Below, piece by piece: positions 33,862-46,300 of a DNA stretch of 64,000 bases. The notes beneath the pieces were generated by a model. The model was not told the DNA's origin. It did not search any database and worked only from the letters and a program-made list of their open reading frames with translations. A program made the position numbers and the translations under genes. Origin of the DNA: Amoebophrya sp. A120 (taxonomy: Eukaryota > Protista > Dinoflagellata); the NCBI GenBank assembly GCA_905178155.1, contig CAJINV010000012.1, forward strand, positions 802,004 to 866,003, read 5' to 3'. Numbering within the stretch: position 1 is the stretch's first letter; every line of letters starts with the position of its first letter.

Positions 33862-34516
33862 TACAAGGGTGAAAAACATACTCGCTTTCAAAATTCAAAT
33901 TTTTTTGAAGCCCCCTTGCAGCATCCGGCCCGACTGTCCTCATCCGCGTCACCCGGCTCAGTGGCCCCACAAGCGGCTCCGGATTCTCCGACCTATCAAT
34001 TCCTTTTTTTTGAGATGTAGTCTGATAGTGATGAATGAGAATGCGAGTGAAAGTATGTAGCTTGTCGCGGTGATAGCTAGTGTAAAGTAGATAGCATTTG
34101 AGACGTTTTGTGACAGATGTCGGCAGCAGGTAGACGCTCATCAGCGACAGGAGCCTCCCAGCAATGCCATCCGGTCTGGGCACCAGACTGGTGCCCAAAA
34201 TGCCGCTCAAGGCGATACACAGCTCCGGACCAGCAGCACTCCGGGCAATGGACTATGCAAAAAAACGTCTTCAAATGCGAGCGCAAATTTACACTACCTA
34301 TCACCGCGACAAGCTAGCCTGCTAGATAATAAGACTACTCAAGTGACATCATCAACATACTCCAGCAATTCAGGTAACGAAAAAAGGTCCCGCGACTCAC
34401 CTGCCCGACGCCTTCCAGTTCAACGAGGCCACCGACGGGGTCCTATCTGGACCCACCCTCAAGGGGGGCAGAAAAAAATTTGATTTTTGAAAGCGAATAC
34501 GTTTTTCATCGCTGTA
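33862..34516. mobile_element. Intergenic TA...TA MITE with nested MITE at 34058-34316
   Basis: Outer about 45-bp TIR, perfect TSD CGGGT; inner TIR TAGCTTGTCGCGGTGATAG.TAGTGTAAA. Confidence 0.9.
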
Positions 34517-35630
34517 CGGGTGCTCGCTTCTTTAGGCGAGCGAGTAACTGTTTAAACGTACTATCTATGTTCCTGCTTGCAAATGGCTGCTGAATAGTGT
34601 TTCAACTTATCACCGCCGGAGCTCGAAGAAACAAAACCCTTCTTAGCTGTGAACCAACGAGCTCGGGGAGTTGCCTGAGAGAAGGAAAGCCGAAGCCTTC
34701 AATCAGCCCTGGCTTCAGAAAGGCGCAATACTACCTCCTCATCCGTACTGCACCGATCAACCTCCGCACAGCCACAAGGTCCAAAGCAAGCCGCCTCTGC
34801 TTGCCCTTCCTTGCGTCAGAACAGGCGCCATAGAAATGACAGGTCCTAAGCAAGACTTCTCTTCTTGCCCTTACTGCCTACACCACTTGAGCCGAAACTC
34901 TAGTAGCGGTACGCAAACGCCACCGGGAAACACAGGAAAACACGGAGTTATGCCCTGCATCGCCCAGTTGCCTCCCTAAAACCCTTGACCCTACCCTGAA
35001 GCCCTTGCTCCCCCCCAACCGAAATTTAAAAAAAAAACCAAAAGCTATCGACCCTTTTTCCCTGCTCTCCCCCCCCAAATGATTTCCCTGAGCCGGCTCC
35101 AGAGCACAGAGCGGCTAGGGCAGAGATTGTTGTGGTTCTGTACGAGCAAAAGCGCTAACCTGACCTACTTGCTTCTCTCGAGTGCCTTGATCTTAGATGC
35201 TGACGAAGTGCATCTCTCAGCGATATAGAAAAATTAAGCTTTTCTATCTCTCAAGCGAAAGCAAAGATTTATATCGTGCTACTACGCTTGCACGGTTCAC
35301 ACGACAGAATTCTTGCTTGCGCGGAACACAGACCGAAAAAATCAAAAAAAACCGCCTCCCCACGGGTGAGGAGCGATTCAAACCTCAACACGACTCAAAC
35401 AATGTAAATCCATACTTAAGTCATACACATCCAATCACAGCTCCAAAAATGGGCACTAAAATGCATCATCATACACGAACTGCTCCTCTTTATTTCTTGT
35501 TCCAAAACAAAACGAAAGCACAAGGCCTAAATAATCCGTACTGTATTTCTTTTTCTTGTTGGTTCTCAGTCTTTCCCTCCTTTTTCAAAACATCAATACT
35601 ACGTCCGAAAAGTTTCACTTTGTGTCGTGT

Positions 35631-35720
35631 TTGCCAAAACTAGAACATTGCACAGCCTGCAGTTGCCAAAACTAGAATTTTGCACATTTGCCAAAACTAG
35701 AAGAACCGTTCTTGCCAAAA
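35631..35720. repeat. Short degenerate repeat TTGCCAAAACTAGAA (three full copies, one partial)
   Basis: Read directly. Confidence 0.7.
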
Positions 35721-36848
35721 AATCAATTGGAGCGCAACTGATATATATTGTCTCTAGGGACCCAGTAGGTATGATCTAATGATCTTTGTAGTCTCGTCGA
35801 GCGAAAGTTGATTGATCGAGATTCAGGTCCTCGCGGAACAAACACACAAGGAGAGACTTGTGCTTTCCGGAAATCAAAACGTCGCCGCCGCGGTTTGCGT
35901 TTGGTTTTATTCTTTCACAAGGTTTTGTAACTCCAAATGAGTATTCAATAATAGTGGCTTGAGCCACGAATGCACAATTCACGCGAGAGAGTTTGGGTTC
36001 GCAATGGGTTGATGGTTGAATTGAGAAGCAAAAGAATCAAAACGAAGAAAAGCAAAGCGCTTTGTTCGCGCTCGGTAGAACGAATGCAAACATGAAACAA
36101 AGTCCGAATTTGCTTTGGCACAAATAAACTTTAATCCGAGTTTTCATTCTTCTCCCGTTCGCTCAAGAATCTCTCACTTCTTATTTTCAATCTCTCCGAC
36201 ACTTGAAACAGAGCATCTAGCTCAGATATTCACAATATCTTTTTCAACGGGGGTTTTTCTTTTTTCAACCAGGGGTTTTTCTTTAGTTGTCTTTTTTCAA
36301 CCAGGGGTTTTTCTTGAAGTAGCGCTAGAAGAAAAAGGTGAGTAAACGCGTTTCCACCTTCACGCATAAACACAAACAAACAAACATCTTTTTCAACGGG
36401 TGAAAAAATCAATAGCGAAGCTCAGAAAAAATCTAAAACTTGAATCTGAGAGATTTGTTGCTGCAAAAGTGTAAAGCTTGAAGCTTCTTGCAGTTGTCGA
36501 AAGGTTTGGGTTTGTTACGCACTTTGAGCTACTACCTTGGAAAAACTGATTTTTATTTTTGAAGCTTCGACGACGACGACGTACCTACTCTAGATCTTCG
36601 CGGCTTGACAATTATACATCAAAATGCTGGTATACAACTTACACGAGGACTGCTTTTCCTTTTTACATAAATCATACATATACAAAATGGCATCATACAA
36701 TCTTACATGACTTTACATGTTTTATTCCGTCCTAAGTATCATAATGATACTTGCGACGACAATGCTAAATGCATATACAACATGTCGCGGCGCCCACTTC
36801 GGTCCTTCTCGGCGACCACAGCAAGTCATGTCACGCGACCACAGGTTG

Positions 36849-39458
36849 TCAATGTCCTAACCGGGGGGGCTGCGAGATGAACCCGTCCTCTACTGCTTGC
36901 ACTTGCTGAAGCTCATCACGGATTCTTTGCAAGCTCGATTCTGCGCCTACCTGTCCTTGAAAAGCATCTAGATCGGCTTGGGCACGTCTGCGCATGCGCG
37001 CGATGTAGTCCCGTACGAGGCTGGGGTCCGCCGCGCGAAGCAATAAATCCTCGCCGAAACAACGAAAAAAAGGCATCGCTCTGCGTTGCATCCATAGATT
37101 TTCCCAGTCATCTATGGGATTCTCAATTGTTACACTCTCAACTGTTACACGAATTTGTGATGTAAGAATGGCAACAGGGAAAGGCCGGATCTTGCAACTC
37201 TTGCATTACAAATTCGGCACAGATTCCCATGCTGTTTAGCTCTTTCAAAATTTGTCATGCGAAGTAGCTTCACTGTGTGGACGTTGATGCTCATTCTGCA
37301 TGACAAATTCATGTAACAGATGAGAATGTAACGTTTGAGAACGCCATATCATCATCGTTTTCGAAAATACTACGCAGAAACTCAGCGTCATTGCGGAGCT
37401 ATCAACTGCAAAAATGTCTGGGTCTGGAAAGACGGAACTTGTGATGCGCATCTCACACCACACAAAAATCTCTTATGCATAGACAGCAACAAGGGTTGCC
37501 CACTTTTTCACCGAACAAATAGGCGACTTGTCATGCGGATTAGGCATCGACGCAGCTTCTCAAAACCTGTAATGCTAGACGTTGCTTGCCAGACCTCGCG
37601 GGTCATGAAAAAACAGCATGGCAAAAATCTGCATCCTTCCAGACCCAGACATTTTTGCATTTGATAGGAGCACTGGATCGACCAAGCAAAGGGGGTCCTC
37701 GCCCTCGTTGCTCCGGGGACTGTAGTTCCCGAAGCGTCTCATCGACGAGAGAACTTCGCGCATCCGTGTCGGATCACGAAGAAGTTCGGGGGGCGCGACG
37801 GCAAGATTGAACACGTTCTGGGTAACAGCGGCCTGAAGCAGGTCCCATGCCCCACCGTTCGCCATGTTGAATCTGACGGCTTCGGGAATCGAGGCATACA
37901 TGCTTCGCGATGGGCCCCGAAAGCGACCGCCGGGCCGGGCTTCTGAATCAAAGGGGCGCTGCTCATTTGTCAGTAAAGCCTGCCACATAATGTCGTGATT
38001 GCTGAAGAAGTGCGGCAGTAAGCTGTCTCGCACAGCCACGGCCCAGTCTCCTTCTCCGTTGACTAGCGATCCGTTACTGGTGCTGCGAAGGTCTTCTTGT
38101 AGCATCCATCGGGCAAATTCCGGGTTTGCGCGCACGGAAACCTCCGCGATCTCGCGCAACACAAAAGCAGCATGATGTGGAATTTTTAGCAGAAGAGCTT
38201 TGATGAATTCCGCGTCTCCCCGAAGCGTGAAAGAACTCCTAGCCGTGCCCTCTTGCGCTTGTTGCGGACGAGAAGTTATGTTTCCCGCGAGCGCAACGAG
38301 GCCGGGACTGCCTCGAAAATAATACATGTGCTCGTCGTTTTCTGCCTGTTCTTCGCGAAGAGAACGGAGCATGGCCACACGCAGCATCACCTCTCTGCTA
38401 TTCAAAACCTGCGGACCAGCAAAGAGCACGCACCCACGCAGGCTTTGTCTAGTGCTGTCGGCAAGGGGCCGCCCGTTGTCTGGCAATCTGAGGAAAAACT
38501 CCACACTATTCAACAGATCCGGACTCATCTCGCCCCGAAGAATATCGCGAGAAAAAACTGTCTCGGTCTCGACCTGTAAAAATGCGGAAGCTCTACAAAG
38601 AGACAGCTTCTTGGCATTCTTTCGGATGCGTTTTTTTTTGAAAAAAACCTCGCCGGGCGGGCACTCCTTCGAATTCTTGTGTCCGACGTATCGGTATCAC
38701 AGGTTCTTCTTCTTTTCCGTTTCATGCTGTATTGCTAAGTCTGCAAAGATTCGAGACTGAGACAGTTTTTTCTCGGGATAAAAAACTTCCTCGGCGCAGT
38801 CGCCCACATCCTGTCGCCATTCCTTCAGAAGGGCGGAAATCTGCATTTTCCAGTGCGGAAGCGGAGGAGCGAGCACCAAAGTCCGGATCCGCGTAAGAAT
38901 CTCAAAGGTAAGATACTCACGACCAAGCCTCTCGGCCCGCCGCGCTGCAGCAATGGCACTTTGCAAATCTCCCCTAAATTGCTCCTCGGGAGTGAACCCG
39001 AGCGCAGCGCGAGTCATCTTGTTGGCTTGAATCAGGCTGGCCATCGCGTTCGGAGACAGGAATGATCCCCTGATTGCGCGCGCGTCGGGTCCGACACTTT
39101 CTTGCAAAGCATCAATATACTTGCCCCTGGTGTCCTCTTGCGGCGGTGCACTGGAGACTGCGGCAAGAACAGAAGGAGAAGTAGTCGTACCAGCGTCCGC
39201 ATTCGTGTAGTTCTGCTGGTGACCAGAAGCACGCGCCTCATCACGGGAGTCGGGAGACCGAGACCGCGATCCCAATCTCGACATCGATCTTGATCTTGTT
39301 TGGCTTTCAGACCTACGCGTACGCGACACCTTCCTGCTCGCGTGACAATAAATCGAAATTTCCTGGACGGCAGCGAATAGCAGAAACCACGCGGCCGCGA
39401 CGAGAGGACGCGCCAACATGATATGGGACTTGTAGTTCATCTTCGTCCTGAAAAACAT
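36849..39458 (-). CDS. Putative secreted protein with DUF4116-like helical repeats
   Basis: Hydrophobic N-terminus; LLQAAVTQNVFNLAVAPPELLRDP, LRGDAEFIKAL, LRNDAEFLRSI; both introners excise in frame (LVDPVL|RNDAEF; ENDD|DWENLW). Confidence 0.6.
37113..37348. mobile_element. Introner family M
   Basis: TATGGGATTCTCAATTGTTACACTCTCA...TGAGAATGTAACGTTTGAGAACGCCATA; TSD TCATC. Confidence 0.95.
37400..37666. mobile_element. Introner family A
   Basis: TSD GGAGC. Confidence 0.95.
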
Positions 39459-40344
39459 TTCTTTTGCGAACGAAACTGACGAGAAACCGAAAACTACTGC
39501 TGGAGGAGTGAAAGTAAAAACAAAAAGCTGCTGCTGCAGTACTAGATGTAGAACACGGAAAGCGGTGGTGTAGAAGCAAAACTGAAAAAAAAAGTCTGAA
39601 CAAGTTCCAAAAAGATCTCGAGAGCTGTCTTACAAAAGATCTCGAGAGTTGTATGATAGTACTCAAAGTTCTTTACGTAGGTAGAAATAATATATAAAGT
39701 GTCGAGCAAGCTTAGTTTTTGGACGAAAGTTTTAGTTTCTGCAGAACGAAGTTCTGAATTGAGGTGATCTCAACTCGAACTGACCCTGTGGAGATTTTTA
39801 CACAAAGAACATGAACAGATGAGCTCGATTTCGATCATGGAGAAGATCTCAGACATTATAATGCGGGACCAATATAGTATGATCTGATTAATGAAGATCA
39901 TGATCAAGATCGTCCACTATAATCCACGGTGCGGTGATCCTCGTAAATTGTATAAATTTTTTTTCTCGTCGAGAGCAGTCGGCTCGGCTTTCGTGAAGAT
40001 CATCGATCTACCTGATCTCTGTCATATGATCGCTTTACTATTTGTACACGTAGAACAGATCGTTTATAATGTCAGAAGTCGGCTTCGGGATCGTGAATAA
40101 TCAGCCACAACAGATGAGTTCTACGCAGGAAGTAAAACAAACTGCGCGCACGTGGCCACGACTTTTCTTTTTCAGGATGTTGATATTAAAGGTGCACTAC
40201 TGATGTGTATGAAGCATCAGCGGAAGATGCGATGAATGCGATTATAGCTTTTTAATCCTGATCATGCTGATTCAATACATTGACATTCCGTCAGAAGGAG
40301 ACTGCTCCCTCCTGTTGTATCTACTTGTTAAGTACATCATTTCT

Positions 40345-43300
40345 TCAGTTGTTCCTTTTCTCGGCCAGCAACTGCATCTCCTGCCGGACGTACTTATCCT
40401 GAGCAAAAACGGCCACACCTCCCTAGCGCCAAGATGGGAAAACTGCTACACTTTGGCTGTCGCGCTCGCGCATAACAAGCTTGGGCTCGCAATAAGGCCC
40501 TCGTGTAGTTCACAAGCTAGCGCAGGAGCATCACAAATTCAAATTGAGCGCTTCATGCGGATATAAGCATGACAAATTCCATTTCCAAAACACCACTAAA
40601 AATGCTTTTCCTTGGGCTGCCGCTGCGCATGAAAAGCTATAGAATGTAGGACTAGGAGTAGTTTTATGGATGTTGCAGGAGGAGCTTCGCATGACAACAA
40701 CTATCGGGACGAGGTGGAGGTGGGGCCGCCCCCGTCGTTTCTACTGGGGATAGTACTCCCAAATTATCAAGGCCGCGGACACGTGCACATTCAGACTCCG
40801 AATGATTCCCCTATGAAGGCCTCAGGTTGGAAATCCTCAAAGCGGAAATAGTTTGCAATGCAAAAAACCACTCCTGTTGGAGCGCCACTTCTAGGCGGCG
40901 CATGACAAATTTCCCGAGCACTCAAAGCATGCCTGTCATGCTGGTTAACGCAAACGGGTGCCCTTCTCTCGTGCTAATCAGCACTCCACCAATCCTGAAC
41001 CCGTAGAAGGACAGTAATCGGCCTCCATTGCGTCCTCTGCAATACAGTCTTTTTTGCGTCGCATTTCATGCAACGCAAATTATTTCCACTTTGAGGATTT
41101 CCATTCTGAGGCTTTCGTATCCCCTCTGCGGAATCTCCACGCACTGGTCGCACATGTGGATCTATCAAATGCAAATATGTCTGGGTCTGGAAACCTGTAA
41201 TGCTGCATGGCCCTGAGTAACTGCGCCTGTCAGAGCAGTGTAGCGTGACAAATTGTAATTGTTCAGACGCTTTCTCATCGTCCTTAGTGCGCATTACAAT
41301 AAACTGCGCTTTTGCGTGACGAAATTGCAGCGCTTTTGTTGCTTTTATGCAACACAGATTTTTCTGGAATCCTGGACACACAATACAAGTTCCACTTTTC
41401 CAGACCCAGACATATTTGCAATGCATAGGATCAATTCCGCGGGCAGACCTTCCTTTTCCGCACCGAGAAGAAGGATGACGCCCTGCTGTTCATCTACCTG
41501 TGCAACTTGCTGATCACGAGAACGACCAGTTGACGGCTTTGTTCTGTTCTTGTCCCGGAGTTCTTTATTTTCGGGAAAAAACTTGAATTCCGAGAGGCAA
41601 ACGCTCGTGTGTGTTATGAGGGTGCACAACTACTCCCCCCTCATCACATTTGTATGGCATCAACCGCATTACAAACACCAGTACGGGTTGAGGACCCTGT
41701 GCATGACAAGGAGTTCATGCGCCGAGTGCAGTACTGTTTGGATTTCTGGAATTTGCCATGCACATCACGGCGCCACAAGGTAGCAACTGGACTTGGGTTT
41801 TTGCATGACAAATGAGGGGGAGGGGGAGTTGTGCACTGTCATATGGGTCTGCTCCACGCCGATGATTCGGTACTCTTTCAGCTCGGCATGTAGTTGGAGA
41901 AATTGCTTCAAATTTTCCGGCTTCACCTCCAGCAAATTGATCCACTTTTCCGCTGTCACGGACACCGACTGAAATCCGGGATCCTTGATGATGTCTTTGT
42001 TTCCGACCACCAGCGCTTCCGCGTTGAAAATCTCGCAGGTACGCGCCAGCCCGGCGAGGTTCGGCGTATGCAATACAAATTTCCCGTACATGAACAAGAT
42101 GCATCACAAATTTCACCACTTTGGAGTGTAACACTTGTCATGCCAAACTAGGATCGAAGCCCAATTTTGTCATGCAGAGACCGCATTTGTACGTGTACGG
42201 AAAATTTACTGTGGATACGGCGCCTTGTCGATCAACGAGGCGACTACGATCAGCTTCGACCGCTATCCAGAGGAAAAACCTCCCAGCCCCAGAGTCAACA
42301 AGATGGCGACTTTGCTACACAAATCAACAAGATTTGGCTGTTTCGCATGACAAGTTTGGACTCGTAGTGTAGGGCGGTTGGAGATGGAGGTAGTGCAGAC
42401 GCATGACAAATCGACTCTCTTATCCTGATCCCAGCATGATCACAAACCTCCAGATTGATAGCATTCGAAAATGGCTCTAAAGGGGCTGCGCACGAGAAAC
42501 ATGATGGGCTTGGGCATGCCACTTTGCATGACAAGTCTGGGGTGGGGGCGTTTTTACAAATGATAACCGCGTTTGTTTCTTCTTTGCGCCGGCCAGCTGC
42601 TGTGCGAAGAAGAGGTCCTCGATTTGGGACATGGAGGTTGCGGCTCCTGTGTCGTCACTTATGCAATACAAATTTTCCGTACATTGAGCTGGGCGCCCTC
42701 AGATGGCACCCCCGTCCCGAATTTCTCTCGATTTTTTAAGATTTTTTTTTCAAAAAAAAATTTTTGATGGGCAGTCGTCGCCGGGAGCCAACGTTCGACG
42801 GCCAGCCGCGAAGCTCCGCTGCACTATTTTATTAGACCTCTCTTGTTCTAGTACTGCTTTTTTTTGCAGCTTCTCCGCATTGCAAGCTGCTTCTTTCTTG
42901 TCTACTTCCAGCGATCTTTTTCGGTATCCTCTAGAAAGGCCGACGCTTCCTCACAAAAAGTGCTCACTTTTGATGGCCAAAAGTGAACTCCAAAAAAGTC
43001 ATCCTTTCCCATTTTTACCTCAAAAAAAAAGTCTCTCGATTTTCTGGAAGGTGAAACCGAAAAAGACCGGCAATAATTGAGAACATAATGGGGAGAGGAG
43101 ACTTTTTTCTAGACTTTTTTTTTGGGTCTGCAAGGTCGGAAGGCGAAATCGAGGAGGAAAAGCGAGAGACTTTTTTGGAAGCTCAAAAGTGATCATTTTT
43201 GGCTTCCAAAAGTGAGCACTTTTTGTGCGGAAAAGTTGACGCTTGCTTTGGTAAGTGTTTGATGAGTCCACCATACCACTTGGAATAGCATCGATGCGGC

Positions 43301-46300
43301 ATACCATGCAGCTTCGACTCAACAAAGGAGGCGGGAAGGCGCAGCCGCCTTAGAAACTCACCTGACGACGTGAGTCGCAAACTTTTTCCCAATGCAAAGT
43401 AAAACGAAAAGCCCCAAAATTTTTTAAAAAAAAAAATCTCAAAAAATTGGGAGAAATTTGGAAGACTTTTTTGATCTGAGGCGCCCAGCTCAACGTACAT
43501 GTACAAGATGCATCACAAACTTCACCAATTTGGACGAGTGTAACACTTATCATGCTAGACTAGGATCGGAGCCAAGTTTTGTCATGCAGAGACCGCATTT
43601 TTACGTCGTGTACGGGAAATTTACTGTGGATATCACTGTAGTTCAACGCATTCATGTTTCCGCCATTTTCTTGATCTCTCGCTGCGTGCTCCGTACTAGC
43701 TCCTGCAGCTGCAGTTCCCCCAGAAGTAGTACCGCCACCGGTAAACGGGTTAAACTTTCTCTGCAGCGCCACGTCGGGCAAAGATCCAGTGCCAGTAGTA
43801 GAAGTTGATGTTATTTGGTGCACCTTTGCCGCCTCCTGCACCTTGTCCTTCAACTGAGACAGCAACTGCTCGCCCTCATCCACCCAGATGTAGCCCATCT
43901 ATCCAGGAAAAAAACTGTGTAAGTGTAAGTTTCTTGGAGGAATAGCATCACAAGTTTGCTCTGCATGACACAGAAAACCTGTCATGCGTAGCTCGTACGT
44001 GAAAACACTCACGAAAATTGCCTCTGATGCATGTCCAGCATGACAAGTGTAACAGTTTTGCACTTTCTGCAACACAGAGTTACACTTACACAGTTTTTTT
44101 CTTGCATACCATCGGACCCACCTTCATAGACTCGTCCAGTTCCGTGTGTTTGTGCCAGAGAGACTGCATCTCTATGGATTGCAAAAGCATCGTACTCGTA
44201 TAAATGCATTACAAATTAGCCCAGCATTACAAATTAGATTTGTAATGCTGATTTGCCTTGAGAAAGAGATTTGTAATGCATAAATGCAATTGGAATTACT
44301 ACGAGTACGATACTTTTGCACAGGATAATCTCCTGGTCGATGCAACTTCGGATTTCCGACAGAAACATGTAGCTCGGGCGGTAGTCGTAGATCGCATCTT
44401 TGTTTTCGAAGACGAGCGCGATTTGGGACTGGAGCTTCGGGTTCCAGTGCTGCAAATTCTGCTCCAACCGCTTTCGCATTTTCACATTGTCTATCAAGTG
44501 CAAATATGTCTGGGTCTGGAAGAGTGCATGTTTGTCATGCTTGTCTGGCATGGCTCTTAAATCTGTCATGCACGTTACGCAAGAGCTCCATTTTTCTGTG
44601 ATGCAGGGACGCAGTTTGTCATGCAGAATAAGCAACACCTAGAAGCTCAGAAACTTGTCATGCTGAGCCAGCACTTGTGGCCTCATCATGAGACGCCACC
44701 CAGCATCACAAGTTTCCAGACCCAGACATTTTTGCATTTGATATGGTCCTTGTGCTCGGTCAGCATCCGGAGCAGCTGAGAGGTGTAGTGCCGGTTGTTT
44801 TGATGATGTTCATCCACGATGCCTGAAACACGTGGACCTGCTAAAGCAGGAGCAGCTCCTTGGTTCTCCTGTCGTGCTGGTGGCCCACCGTTATTTTGCA
44901 TCGTAAACAAGTCACCAGCACTGGTCGTTCCACCAAGCACCTCCCCGGTTTCCACACTGTCCACGTCAGAAATGTTAAATTGGTGTCCGCTCGCGCCGGC
45001 CATTGCAGCGTGCAACCTATAATACACCAGCTGTGCGGTCCCGCGGACCAATGCCACGTTGCTGGTCAAATACGGTAACAACAGGGAGTTCAGCAGCATA
45101 TCAAATGCAAAAGTGTCTGGGTCTGGAGGGTGGTAACTTGTGATGCTGTCTTTTGATTCCAAAAAAATCTGTATTGCATGAGCAGCAAAGGGAGTGCAAT
45201 TTTCGCTACGGGAAGAGGGCATTTGTCATGCGCAATAGGCATCCAGAAGCCCTTAAAAAAATCACTGATGCTAGGGCATGCATCACAGACATCACGGCTC
45301 ATGCAAAACTTGCATGACAAGTCTCAGAATTTTCCAGACCCAGACATTTTTGCATTTGATACAGCAAGCCTTTCGACAACAGCTCCGTGTTCTCCGCCCA
45401 GTAGCCCGCCACCAAAATCGCGGAGGCCAGCACCTTATGGATTGCAAAAGTTAAAGTGTCTGGGTCTGGAAGAGTCATGTTGCTTTTGCATGACACAGAA
45501 GGTCTGCCATGGAAGCTCTAGCATCACAGGTTTCGAGAAGCGCTTGCAATGCCGGATCCGCATGAAAAATCCCCCACTTTGGTGACAGAAAATGGGAACT
45601 GTTGCTGCCTATGCATTAGAGATTTTTCTGTGCTCTGAAATGCGCATCACAAGTTTGTATTCTCCAGAAACAGACATATTTGCAGTTCATACACCTGCGG
45701 CGTGCCCGTCCCCACCTCGTTCAAAATCCGGACTAATTTATGCAAGAAAAAAACTGCGTAAGTGTAAATCTGTGATGCAGAAAATGCCAAACAGTTACAC
45801 TTGTCATGCTCGACATGCATGACTGGCTCGCTTCCTATGTGTTTTCCCTTTATTGTATCTGCGCATAACAAGTTTGTCCTGTCATGTCAGACAAACTTGT
45901 GATGCTGTTTTTCCAAAAGACCTACATTACCACAGTTTTTTTCTTGGATATAATTCATTAGTGAAGTACTCCGACACGCGGCCCAAATCGCTGGGCGCGC
46001 CCGCGAACTTGAGGGATATTCGGTAGTCGTCTCGCACCTTCACGTTGTCGTCGCGTCGCTTCTGCTCTCGCTCCGCGAGGATACAGAGTGCGTACTCGAT
46101 GTAGGACCGGACGTCGGGCAGCTGGGGCAAGCCAAAGTGGTACATGAGTCTCGGCACGAGGCTGGCGAGGTATTTCGGCTGCACCACGTTGATCAGCACC
46201 ACAACTGCTTGCCACGCCCGTAGTTGCTCCCGGTGGTAGTCTATCCTCTGCAAAAGTATCGTGCTCGTAGTAATCGCAGTACTGCATTACAAATCTCAAT

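Noticed and set aside
34970-35010. Telomere-like CCCT-rich stretch (also 55130-55157)
   Set aside because: Too short and degenerate; no tandem TTTAGGG or TTAGGG units.
35200-36560. Possible further transposon with short internal repeats (TTGCCAAAACTAGAA; TTTTCAAC-G-run)
   Set aside because: I could not find convincing TIRs or a TSD.
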